This document shows, in pieces, positions 56,082 through 64,000 of a DNA stretch of 64,000 nt. Location of the stretch: NCBI GenBank assembly GCA_964350265.1, contig CAYGJZ010000001.1, positions 33,944-97,943 on the forward strand, given 5' to 3'. The notes below the pieces were generated by a model. It worked only from the letters and a program-made list of their open reading frames with translations. It searched no databases and was not told the DNA's origin. How positions within the stretch are numbered: position 1 is the first letter of the stretch; the number at the start of each line of letters is the position of its first letter. The position numbers and the translations under genes were made by a program. Source of the stretch: an uncultured Gammaproteobacteria bacterium (GTDB taxonomy: Bacteria; Pseudomonadota; Gammaproteobacteria; Arenicellales; CAJQKF01).

Positions 56082-57506
56082 ATGACCAGGAATGTAGATG
56101 TCGCCATCGTCGGCGCCGGCTCCGCCGGCCTCGCCGCCATGACCCAGGTGCGCAAGGTGAGCGAGGACTTCGTGCTCATCGACAGCGGGCCCCTCGGCAC
56201 CACCTGCGCGCGGGTGGGCTGCATGCCCTCCAAGGCGGCGATCCAGGTGGCCGACGACATGTACCGCAGGCGCATCTTCAAGCGCGAGGGCATCCTCGGC
56301 GGCGACGCGCTCAAGCTCGACATGGAAGAGGCCTTCGAGCACGTGCGCAACATGCGCGACATCCTCGTCGACCGCGTGCTGGCCCACAACACCGACGAAC
56401 TCGACGACCGCCTGGTCGGCGGCTTCGCCCGCTTCCTCGCCCCCGGCGTGCTCGACGTCGACGGCGAGCGCATCGAGGCGAAGAGCATCATCCTCGCCGT
56501 GGGCAGCTCGCCCTTCGTGCCCGAGCCCTGGCGCGAGCTCGGCGAGAGCATCATCACCACCGACGACCTGTTCGACACCATGCACTGGCCGAAGACCCTC
56601 GGCGTCATCGGCCTCGGCGTCATCGGCCTGGAGCTTGGCCAGGCGCTGGCGCGCATGGGCATCAAGGTCACCGGCTTCGACCGCCTCGACGCCGTCGGCG
56701 GCCTCGACGACGATCTCTTGGCGATCACCGCCAAGGACCTCGTCGAAGGCGACATGACCGTGCACCTCGGCCACGAGGTCAAGCTGCTGCCGCTGGACGG
56801 CCGGGTGCGCATCGACGCCGGCGAGCAGCGCATGATCGTGCACAAGGCACTGGTGGCGGTGGGGCGGCGCTCCAACCTGCACGCCATGGAGCTCGACAAG
56901 GCCGGCATCCCGCTGCGCGAGGACGGCCTGCCCGACTACAACCCCTATACCACCCGCGCCGGCGACGCCCGCGTCTTCGTCGCCGGCGATGGCATCGGCA
57001 GCCGGCAGATCCTGCACGAGGCCGTGGCCGAGGGCCGCATCGCCGGCTACAACGCCATGCGCGAAGCATCCACCGCCTTCGCCCGCACCGTGCCCATGTC
57101 GGTGTGCTACAGCGACCCGCACATCTGCCACGTCGGCGCGCGCTATCCCGAGCTCGACCCGGAAACCGTGGTGGTGGGCAACACCCGCTTCGGCCCGGTG
57201 GGCCGGGCGCTGATCATGGGCCGCAACCGCGGCATGCTGCGGCTCTACGTGCGCAAGGTCGACGGCCGCGTGCTCGGCGCCGCCATGGTGGCGCCGGACG
57301 GCGAGTACATCACCCACCTGCTGGCCTGGGCCATCGAGCAGAACCTCACCGTGTTCGACCTCGCCCGCATGCCCTTCTACCACCCCACCGTGGTGGAAGG
57401 CCTGCAGGGCGCCATCCGCGAAGCCATCGCCCAGCTGCCCGAGCTGGCCGAACGCTTCGACCACCCCGCCGAACTGCGCCCGCTGGAAGACATGCTGCCC
57501 TCGTAA
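56082..57506 (+). CDS. Dihydrolipoyl dehydrogenase-family FAD-dependent pyridine nucleotide-disulfide oxidoreductase
   Basis: 474-aa ORF. GAGSAG FAD motif, redox disulfide TCARVGCMPSK, second Rossmann motif GLGVIGLE, C-terminal dimerisation domain. Confidence 0.8.
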   Translation: MTRNVDVAIVGAGSAGLAAMTQVRKVSEDFVLIDSGPLGTTCARVGCMPSKAAIQVADDMYRRRIFKREGILGGDALKLDMEEAFEHVRNMRDILVDRVLAHNTDELDDRLVGGFARFLAPGVLDVDGERIEAKSIILAVGSSPFVPEPWRELGESIITTDDLFDTMHWPKTLGVIGLGVIGLELGQALARMGIKVTGFDRLDAVGGLDDDLLAITAKDLVEGDMTVHLGHEVKLLPLDGRVRIDAGEQRMIVHKALVAVGRRSNLHAMELDKAGIPLREDGLPDYNPYTTRAGDARVFVAGDGIGSRQILHEAVAEGRIAGYNAMREASTAFARTVPMSVCYSDPHICHVGARYPELDPETVVVGNTRFGPVGRALIMGRNRGMLRLYVRKVDGRVLGAAMVAPDGEYITHLLAWAIEQNLTVFDLARMPFYHPTVVEGLQGAIREAIAQLPELAERFDHPAELRPLEDMLPS

Positions 57507-57610
57507 GCTTCCCTGGGCCGCGCACGCGGCGGCGCGGCGGCAGCAGGCAAGGGGAAACGAAGGGGAAGGGGGAGGGGAGCCGCGCGTCGCGCCCCGCATT
57601 CAGCGCGGGA

Positions 57611-58162
57611 TCAGCGCGGGGTCGGCTGTGTGATCTCGTCGATGTAAGGGGCGAACACGCCGCGGCGACGGTCCTCGTAGTATCGCGTCAGCGCCCGGGT
57701 GATCACCGCGAAGGCCATTTCGTCCCAGGGAATCTGGTCCTCGTCGTACAGCGCCGTCTCCAGGCTCTCCGGCCCCGGCGCGAAGCGGCCGTCCACCAGC
57801 TCGCCGCGAAAGATCATGTACACCTGGCTGATGTGCGGGATGTTGTAGATCGCGTACAGGTCGCTCACCCGCACCTTCGCCATCGCCTCCTCGTCCGTCT
57901 CCCGCGCCGCCGCCTGCTGCACCGTCTCGCGGTTCTCCATGAACCCCGCCGGGATCGTCCACAGCCCGTGGCGCGGCTCGATGGCGCGGCGGCAGAGCAG
58001 GATGCGCCCCTCCCACTCCGGGATGCAGCCCGCCACGATCTTCGGGTTCTGGTAGTGAATCTCGCCGCAGGCCTCGCACACGTGCCGCGGCAGGTTGTCC
58101 CCCGCCGGCACCCGGAACGCGACAGGTCCGCCGCACAGGTTGCAGTACTTGATATCGATCAT
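57611..58162 (-). CDS. NUDIX hydrolase with N-terminal zinc ribbon
   Basis: 183 aa from MIDIKYCNLCGG...CEACG within ORF 57611..58222. Nudix box GFMENRETVQQAAARETDEEA. Confidence 0.85.
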   Translation of the reverse strand: MIDIKYCNLCGGPVAFRVPAGDNLPRHVCEACGEIHYQNPKIVAGCIPEWEGRILLCRRAIEPRHGLWTIPAGFMENRETVQQAAARETDEEAMAKVRVSDLYAIYNIPHISQVYMIFRGELVDGRFAPGPESLETALYDEDQIPWDEMAFAVITRALTRYYEDRRRGVFAPYIDEITQPTPR

Positions 58163-58273
58163 CGGCCACGGCCCGTGGCCGTCAACAGTGCCCAAAAAAT
58201 CGACTATACCACCCCCAACCACCGCCAGGCCCCACCCACCGTTGCCAAACCGACACCCCGCCGCGCCACAGGC

Positions 58274-58302
58274 TTGACTGTCCCCCGCGAATGCTTTTAA
58301 AT
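58274..58302 (+). promoter_or_regulatory. Putative sigma70 promoter of tRNA-Phe
   Basis: TTGACT-N17-TTAAAT followed by a GC-rich discriminator (CCGCCGC), about 60 nt upstream of the tRNA. Confidence 0.5.
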
Positions 58303-58365
58303 CCGCCGCTCACCTTCGGCGAGCGACACCCCACCAACCCCCGTCGCCCGCCCATACCCCCCGAT

Positions 58366-58441
58366 GGCCAGGTAGCTCAGTCGGTAGAGCAGGGGACTGA
58401 AAATCCCCGTGTCGGCAGTTCGATTCTGTCCCTGGCCACCA
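58366..58441 (+). tRNA. tRNA-Phe (anticodon GAA), CCA encoded
   Basis: GGCCAGGTAGCTCAGTCGGTAGAGCAGGGGACTGAAAATCCCCGTGTCGGCAGTTCGATTCTGTCCCTGGCCACCA. Cloverleaf arms pair, the anticodon loop is CTGAAAA, and it is close to E. coli tRNA-Phe. Confidence 0.95.
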
Positions 58442-58481
58442 TAAATATCAATTAGTTATCTATACCCCGAGACACGACTGG

Positions 58482-58769
58482 TCACAAACTGGTTACATCT
58501 TTCTCGCGGTCACGCTTCCGCAGGTACCACCACAGCACGTCGCCTCGAATCCTCCCGGTCTTGTCCCAGGTGCACTCGTTGTACCGGCGGATGATCTTGT
58601 GGGTCTGCCAGTCCTCGACCAGCTTGAAGGTCTGCATGTAGGGCCGGTTGATGAGCTTCGACGTCAGGTGCACGTACTTCTCGAAAACCGGCGCGGCTTC
58701 CTCCGGTTGATAATTCTTTAAGAGCTCGCCGATCCGTTTTACGCCGCCGCGCGCGTCGTTGATTTCCAT
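58482..58769 (-). CDS. Hypothetical protein (island-borne)
   Basis: 95-aa ORF MEINDARGGVKRIGELL...WWYLRKRDREKDVTSL; no family recognised. In the same frame as the upstream 65-aa ORF, separated by one TAA. Confidence 0.4.
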   Translation of the reverse strand: MEINDARGGVKRIGELLKNYQPEEAAPVFEKYVHLTSKLINRPYMQTFKLVEDWQTHKIIRRYNECTWDKTGRIRGDVLWWYLRKRDREKDVTSL

Positions 58770-58778
58770 ATCTAGGTT

Positions 58779-58976
58779 TTACTTGACTTTTAAAGGTCGG
58801 TCATTCTTGTTACTCCTGAGGTCGGAAGGTTTGACCTTTCCCGCCTCCATGCTATGAAGGTTTGGAGGCGTCTTGTATGATACGAGGCGTATCTCGTTGT
58901 GGTGCTCTTTGTTATTCTCGTTGTCCATTCGACCGGGGGTATGACCCTTGCTTTGAGACTGCTCGTTACTTGTCAT
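58779..58976 (-). CDS. Hypothetical low-complexity ORF (possibly the 5' part of a disrupted gene)
   Basis: 65-aa ORF rich in N/K/S/E. Ends at TAA 58779-58781, in frame with ORF 58482..58769. Confidence 0.25.
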   Translation of the reverse strand: MTSNEQSQSKGHTPGRMDNENNKEHHNEIRLVSYKTPPNLHSMEAGKVKPSDLRSNKNDRPLKVK

Positions 58977-59106
58977 CCATTCGAGTAGTGGGTACGCGCC
59001 CAGTAGTCTCAGTTTCGCTATGATAGTACGTTCTTTAGTCGAGCAAGCGACGAAAGAAAGCTCGTGCTTGTCGGTCAGGCAGAGCCACCAGTAGGAAAAT
59101 TGCGAA

Positions 59107-59137
59107 TGAAAAACACGCCGAGGTAGGCGTGTTTAAA
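59107..59137 (-). terminator. Terminator-like hairpin in the island non-coding region
   Basis: AAACACGCC-GAGGTA-GGCGTGTTT. On the minus strand the stem runs into TTTTTCATT. Confidence 0.4.
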
Positions 59138-59606
59138 AATCGAGTTCTTTGTGGCTAGCGCAAAGCTCAAATGGTACTCTGCGCTTGCGCCAGCTACAAA
59201 AGACTCAATTTGTGTGCGGAGTACCATTAATTGCATAGTACTCGATGAGAACTAGAAAGCCAGCGTCAAGCTGCGGATAACTTGAGTGAGATATATTGAC
59301 CGCTGACTCGGTGACGCTAGAAATGGCTTACGGGAAGACGATGGAACGAATCGAGATGACTGAGGGTATTCGATAATTGCTTAATAACTGTGGTTATGGA
59401 CTCTTTTCGAATAGGTTCATAAGCGATGTATAGACTACTTGACCACCACGATATCATGAATCAAAAAAGTCGCAAGTCGGACTAAGAAATAAATGTATTG
59501 TCTGGTAACTGCAAGACAAGCGTTACATGTGCGTTGATCTGGAAAACTGGTGGGAAAAGATCGTCCCGTGTGAGTTATACGTGCCAGCTCCCACCAGGGA
59601 GGCTCA

Positions 59607-59804
59607 ATGACCGACTCGCTCGGATTCTTGATTGATGACGTCGCTATTAATCTCGGTGTAGCGACGCGCGCCATCTGCCCATGGAGAGAGCATAAAGGTT
59701 TGCCAGTTCACAAGGCCGAACGACTGTGGAAGCTTAGAATAGATGTCGAAGATGAGCGGGTTAGATCGGGGGATGCCGACGAAAGCAAGGAGGTGTCCGG
59801 TTGA
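59607..59804 (+). CDS. Small excisionase/MerR-type HTH DNA-binding protein
   Basis: 65-aa ORF. LIDDVAINLGVATRAICPWREHKGLPVHKAERLWKLRIDVE resembles AlpA/excisionase-family HTH proteins. 4-nt overlap with brxF. Confidence 0.6.
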   Translation: MTDSLGFLIDDVAINLGVATRAICPWREHKGLPVHKAERLWKLRIDVEDERVRSGDADESKEVSG

Positions 59805-60325
59805 CGGCGGCGGCGACACATAGTTCGGCAAGCGGTTTTCTCGGTGAGCGGATCCGGCACCTCATCCCTAAGGCCACGGAGCTTTACCACCGGCTGATCC
59901 TGGTCGTGGCACCCGCAGGCGCCGACAAATCCGAAGCGCTGCGAGAGGTCGCCGAGAGGACCGGCGCGCCGATCGTGAATCTAAATCTGGAGCTGTCTCG
60001 GCGCTTGCTCGACCTGACTGAACGGCAGCGTAAGCTTCAAGCCTCGCGGCTCGTCGGAGAGCTGGTCGCGGAAGCGGTCTTACAGGAGGGCGCAAAGGGG
60101 GTGGTGTTGCTCGACGATACTGAGATCCTCTTCGACGTCAGCCTGGCAATTGATCCGCTTCGGCTCCTCCAAGATGTCTCGCGGAACTGGACGTTGGTTG
60201 TTGCGTGGCGCGGGCACGTGGACGGCGACCATCTTGAATACGCGCGCCCAGGGCACCCGGAGTATCGGCGCTACCCCACGGGCGATCTGGTGATCGTCTC
60301 GGGGGACGACCCGGCTTCTGAATAG
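59801..60325 (+). CDS. brxF: BREX type 3 P-loop-containing protein BrxF
   Basis: 174-aa ORF (TTG start). Degenerate P-loop VVAPAGADKSEAL, Walker-B-like VVLLDDTE. Size and position directly upstream of a brxC/pglY-like giant ATPase gene. Confidence 0.65.
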   Translation: MTAAATHSSASGFLGERIRHLIPKATELYHRLILVVAPAGADKSEALREVAERTGAPIVNLNLELSRRLLDLTERQRKLQASRLVGELVAEAVLQEGAKGVVLLDDTEILFDVSLAIDPLRLLQDVSRNWTLVVAWRGHVDGDHLEYARPGHPEYRRYPTGDLVIVSGDDPASE

Positions 60326-60350
60326 GAATCGTTGGTAAGGGGCTAACAGA

Positions 60351-63300
60351 GTGAAATACGGAGAACTGATCCAGTTTGAGCCGATCGAGTCGGTGGTTCA
60401 GCTGCGCGACGCGGATGAGACCGATGCGGCACGCCAGCTGGCCAGCACTTATGTGATCTCCGCCGAGATGGGCGAGAAACTCACCAGCCTCGTCATACCT
60501 CAGCTGCAATTCGATCAGCCCCACGATAACCGCGGACTGCTTGTCGTCGGCAACTACGGCACAGGTAAGTCGCACTTGATGTCGGTAATCTCAGCGGTCG
60601 CTGAGAATCAGGATCTGGCGGCTTCACTGACAGATGCCGACGTCGCGGCGGCCGCCGAGCGCATCAGTGGGCGCTTCAAGGTCGTCCGCACCGAGATCGG
60701 GGCGACCACGATGAGCCTGAGAGACATCCTTGTCGCTGAGCTCGAGGAGCACCTGCAGAGCCTGGGTGTGTCCTATTCGTTCCCCGATGCCAGCACCGTC
60801 CCGAACAACAAGCGCGCGTTCGAGGACATGATGGCGGAATTCCATCAGGGATATCCGGACCATGGTTTGCTGTTAGTAGTCGACGAACTGCTCGATTTTC
60901 TTAGGACTCGAAAAGACCAGGAGTTGATCCTCGACCTCAACTTCCTACGTGAAGTCGGTGAGGTCTGTAAAGACCTGCGCTTCCGTTTCATCGCGGGCGT
61001 ACAAGAAGCCATCTTTGACAGTCCGAGATTCTCGTTTGTCGCCGACAGCATCCGGCGGGTGAAGGACCGCTTCGAGCAGATCCTCATCGCTCGCAAGGAC
61101 GTGAAGTTCGTGGTGTCTGAGCGTCTGCTCAAGAAGTCCGGTGACCAGCAGACCAAGATTCGCGACTACCTGACGCCGTTCGCTAAGTTCTACGGAGGGA
61201 TGAATGAGCGCATGGACGAGTTCGTGCGATTGTTCCCGGTCCATCCGGATTACATCGACACCTTCGAGAGGGTGACGGCGGTTGAGAAGCGTGAGGTTCT
61301 GAAGACGCTCTCACTGGCAATGAAAGCGCTCGTGGACAAGTCCGTGCCGGATGACCATCCCGGCCTGATTGCCTACGACAGCTACTGGTCCACCCTGCGG
61401 GAGAACCCATCCTTCCGGGCAGTACCCGACATCAAGGCGGTGATCGACTGCAGTCAGGTGCTCGAGTCGCGGATCCAGCAGGCTTTCACGCGACCGGCCT
61501 ACAAGCCGATGGCACTCCGGGTTATTCATGCACTATCTGTACATCGGCTGACCACCGGCGACATCCACGCCAATCTCGGCGCCACCCCGGCCGAGCTCAG
61601 GGATGCGTTGTGCCTCTATCAGCCTGGTATCGAAGAGCTGGGTGGCGATCCGGCCGACGACCTGCTCTCGCAAGTGGAAACAGTCCTCCGGGAAATTCAC
61701 AAGACGGTGAGCGGGCAGTTCATCTCCGCAAATGCGGATAACCGCCAGTACTACCTCGACCTGAAAAAGACAGACGATTTCGACGCCCTGATCGAGAAGC
61801 GCGCCGAGAGCCTGGATTCCTCACAGCTAGACCGGTACTACTATGAAGCGCTGAAGCGCGTCATGGAATGCACCGATCAGACCTACGTCACGGGCTACAA
61901 AATCTGGCAGCACGAGCTCGAGTGGTTGGAGCGCAAGGCCGCGCGCCAGGGCTACCTTTTTTTCGGGGCGCCTAATGAACGCTCGACCGCGGTTCCCCCG
62001 CGCGACTTCTACTTGTACTTCATCCAACCGAACGACCCGCCGCACTACAAGGACGAGAAGAAGGCCGACGAGGTATTCCTCAAGCTGACAGGCGCTGACG
62101 ACGAATTCCGCAAGTTGCTCAGGAACTACGCTGCGGCACTGGATCTTGCCGCCACGTCATCGGGGCATGCGAAGTCCACCTACGAGTCGAAGGCGTCGAA
62201 CTTTCTACGGGACCTCGTGCAATGGCTGCAGAAGCACATGGTCAGCGCGTTCGAGGTAACCTACCAGGGGCGCACCAAGTCGATTACCGAGTGGGCAAAG
62301 GGCCGATCGATTCGTGAGTTGTCCGGTATTGGTGCTCAAGAACGGATCAATTTCCGGGACTTGATCAACACCGTCGCGGGCGTCTGCCTGGAAGGACACT
62401 TCCAGGATCAGGCGCAGGAATATCCCTTCTTCTCGGTGCTCATCACGGGCACGAACCGACAGCAGGCTGCGCAAGATGGGCTGCGTGCGATCGCAGGCCA
62501 AACGCGCACCAAGCAGGCCACGGCGGTACTCGATGCGCTAGAGCTGCTCGATGGTGAGCGCCTGGACCCGTATCGGTCAAAGTACGCCAAGCATGTGCTC
62601 GATATCGTTAAGAAGAAGGGACATGGCCAGGTCACGAACCGATCCGAGCTGATCCACGACATCCTAGGCGTGGAGTACATGGCGCCCGATAAGCTGCGAC
62701 TCGAGCCCGAATGGGCGGTCGTCGTCCTGGCAACCCTGGTCTATTCGGGCGATGTCGTACTGGCGATACCCGGCAAGAAGTTCGATGCGACAGGGCTCGG
62801 GTTGCTCGCCTCGACCAGCATCGACGACCTGATTGGTTTCAAGCACGTCGAGCCACCGAAGGACTGGAATCTACCCGCCATTAAGGCCATGTTCGAGTTG
62901 CTCGGCCTGACGCCGGGTATGGCGCAACTGGTGACACAAGGCAAGGATGAGCCGGTCCAACAGCTCCAGACGGCTGTCGCGCAAACCGTCGAAAAGCTCG
63001 TGCTTTCGCAGCAGAGCCTTCAGGCCGGCCTGACGTTCTGGGGCCGCAGCTTGCTGGCTGAAGACGAACTGACAGCGCTTCGCGAACGGTTGGCTGGGAC
63101 GAAGACCTTTCTGGAGTCACTGCAGGCGTACAGCACCCCGGGCAAGCTAAAGAATTTCCGTCACGATGCACAGGAGATTGCTGGTCATCGCGACGGCCTG
63201 AAAGCCTTGGCGGAGATCGAAGCGCTTCAGGACATCGTCGGCGACTTGGGGACACAGGCATCCTACCTGGCGACGGCGGAAGCTCTGCTGCCGGTCGATC

Positions 63301-64000
63301 ATGCCTGGGTAGGCAAGATGCGTTCCGCGCGAGAAGACGTGCTTAAGGACGTCACGGACGCCGGCAAGCGTAGCCAAGCGACAGTCCGGCAGCAGCTGGC
63401 CCGTAAGCTGGCGGCGCTCAAGAAGGAATATATCCAGGTCTATTTGAAGCTGCACAGTCGGGCCCGCCTAGGTGTCAGCGAAGACAAGCGGAAGGCGTCC
63501 CTGATGCAGGACGAGCGCCTGAAGACCCTTCAGAAGCTGTCGACCATCGATCTCATGCCGGTGCAGCACCTCACGGACTTCCAGAACCGTCTCGCGGGCC
63601 TCAAGAGTTGCTTCGCACTGACGGAAAATGACCTGGAGACGTCGGCGACCTGTCCCCACTGCAGCTTCAAGCCGGATGCGGAGCCGGTCGGAGCGCCGGG
63701 CAGTGACGCGCTCAACAAGCTGGATACCGAACTTGATGACCTGGTCGGGGACTGGACCCAGACCCTATTAGTCAATCTCGACGATCCCACGACCAAGGGG
63801 AACCTGGGGCTGTTGAAGAACGAAGCCCGGACATTGATCGACACATTTATCAAGGACAAGGGTCTTCCGGATGATCTTTCGCAGGACTTCATCCAGGCAC
63901 TGAAGGATGTCCTGTCTGGACTGATCAAGGTGTCAGTCAGCTCCGAAGAGCTCCGCAAGGCATTGCTTTCCGGTGGCTCGCCCGCAACACCGGCGGAGAT
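60351..64000 (+). CDS. brxC: BrxC/PglY-like large P-loop ATPase (DUF6079-type), 3'-truncated by the window end
   Basis: Open frame from GTG 60351 (in-frame TAA at 60336-60338) to the window end; absent from the ORF track because no stop is reached. My translation gives [22 protein letters not shown]..., Walker [12 protein letters not shown], Walker [12 protein letters not shown], and more than 1216 aa without a stop. Confidence 0.7.
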   Translation, partial: MKYGELIQFEPIESVVQLRDADETDAARQLASTYVISAEMGEKLTSLVIPQLQFDQPHDNRGLLVVGNYGTGKSHLMSVISAVAENQDLAASLTDADVAAAAERISGRFKVVRTEIGATTMSLRDILVAELEEHLQSLGVSYSFPDASTVPNNKRAFEDMMAEFHQGYPDHGLLLVVDELLDFLRTRKDQELILDLNFLREVGEVCKDLRFRFIAGVQEAIFDSPRFSFVADSIRRVKDRFEQILIARKDVKFVVSERLLKKSGDQQTKIRDYLTPFAKFYGGMNERMDEFVRLFPVHPDYIDTFERVTAVEKREVLKTLSLAMKALVDKSVPDDHPGLIAYDSYWSTLRENPSFRAVPDIKAVIDCSQVLESRIQQAFTRPAYKPMALRVIHALSVHRLTTGDIHANLGATPAELRDALCLYQPGIEELGGDPADDLLSQVETVLREIHKTVSGQFISANADNRQYYLDLKKTDDFDALIEKRAESLDSSQLDRYYYEALKRVMECTDQTYVTGYKIWQHELEWLERKAARQGYLFFGAPNERSTAVPPRDFYLYFIQPNDPPHYKDEKKADEVFLKLTGADDEFRKLLRNYAAALDLAATSSGHAKSTYESKASNFLRDLVQWLQKHMVSAFEVTYQGRTKSITEWAKGRSIRELSGIGAQERINFRDLINTVAGVCLEGHFQDQAQEYPFFSVLITGTNRQQAAQDGLRAIAGQTRTKQATAVLDALELLDGERLDPYRSKYAKHVLDIVKKKGHGQVTNRSELIHDILGVEYMAPDKLRLEPEWAVVVLATLVYSGDVVLAIPGKKFDATGLGLLASTSIDDLIGFKHVEPPKDWNLPAIKAMFELLGLTPGMAQLVTQGKDEPVQQLQTAVAQTVEKLVLSQQSLQAGLTFWGRSLLAEDELTALRERLAGTKTFLESLQAYSTPGKLKNFRHDAQEIAGHRDGLKALAEIEALQDIVGDLGTQASYLATAEALLPVDHAWVGKMRSAREDVLKDVTDAGKRSQATVRQQLARKLAALKKEYIQVYLKLHSRARLGVSEDKRKASLMQDERLKTLQKLSTIDLMPVQHLTDFQNRLAGLKSCFALTENDLETSATCPHCSFKPDAEPVGAPGSDALNKLDTELDDLVGDWTQTLLVNLDDPTTKGNLGLLKNEARTLIDTFIKDKGLPDDLSQDFIQALKDVLSGLIKVSVSSEELRKALLSGGSPATPAE

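Larger units (their letters stand above)
58442..64000. mobile_element. Lower-GC genomic (defence) island abutting the 3' end of tRNA-Phe; right boundary outside the window
   Basis: Composition drops abruptly right after the tRNA (AT-rich 58.4-59.6 kb, then moderate GC). Content switches to orphan ORFs plus BREX genes. No integrase seen in the window. Confidence 0.6.

Noticed and set aside
58442-59606. Expected a tyrosine integrase directly next to tRNA-Phe.
   Set aside because: Neither the 95-aa nor the 65-aa ORF shows integrase motifs (no R..HxxR..Y pattern or appropriate length), and the remaining DNA is full of stops in all frames. No integrase is called.
59435-63958. Small minus-strand ORFs (59435..59674, 59604..59831, 59708..59890, 59868..60095 and about 18 ORFs between 60138 and 63958).
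   Set aside because: All lie antisense to the HTH, brxF and the long uninterrupted brxC-like frame. They are short, have no RBS and no recognisable domains.

Overview
This is a high-GC proteobacterial chromosome segment, probably gammaproteobacterial judging by the gene set (yheS, ydbH-ynbE-ydbL, yejABEF, cmoB, mutY-yggX). All calls rest on reading the ORF track and raw sequence and on remembered family motifs; no database search was possible. Internal start codons were placed by counting residues back from the ORF-track stop codons. Left part (1-33 kb): an Xre/RES toxin-antitoxin pair with a clean operator, a phnCDEE phosphonate importer with an Fe-alcohol dehydrogenase and a LysR regulator, an acyl-CoA dehydrogenase/CoA-transferase/CitE-like lyase trio, a PMH-type sulfatase appended to ydbH-ynbE-ydbL, an orphan MerB-like gene, an H-NS-like gene and yejABEF. 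Centre (about 33.0-52.7 kb): an accessory block of about 19.6 kb between yejA and mutY that I read as a complete methanesulfonate (MSA) catabolic island. It holds msmABCD, with MsmA showing the diagnostic CXH-X26-CXXH Rieske spacing. It also holds an msmEFGH-type sulfonate ABC importer with extra parts, a SoxC/SorA-type sulfite dehydrogenase and a TauE/SafE exporter, plus formate-THF ligase, a GcvT-like folate protein and a PanB paralogue. The most novel-looking points are all in this block. (i) A conserved promoter-operator element occurs in three strong copies plus one degenerate copy and ties four transcription units into one putative regulon. (ii) Two paralogous cNMP-binding-like domains have a degenerate phosphate-binding cassette; one is stand-alone and one is fused to the MsmF permease. 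(iii) Two ABC ATPases carry complementary motif degeneracy, which predicts one inactive ATP site. (iv) A PanB paralogue and a GcvT-like gene are wired into the formaldehyde-producing pathway. Right end: tRNA-Phe followed by a lower-GC island carrying the start of a type 3 BREX locus (HTH, brxF, brxC/pglY-like ORF running off the window). This is a known system type, and no integrase is visible next to the tRNA.
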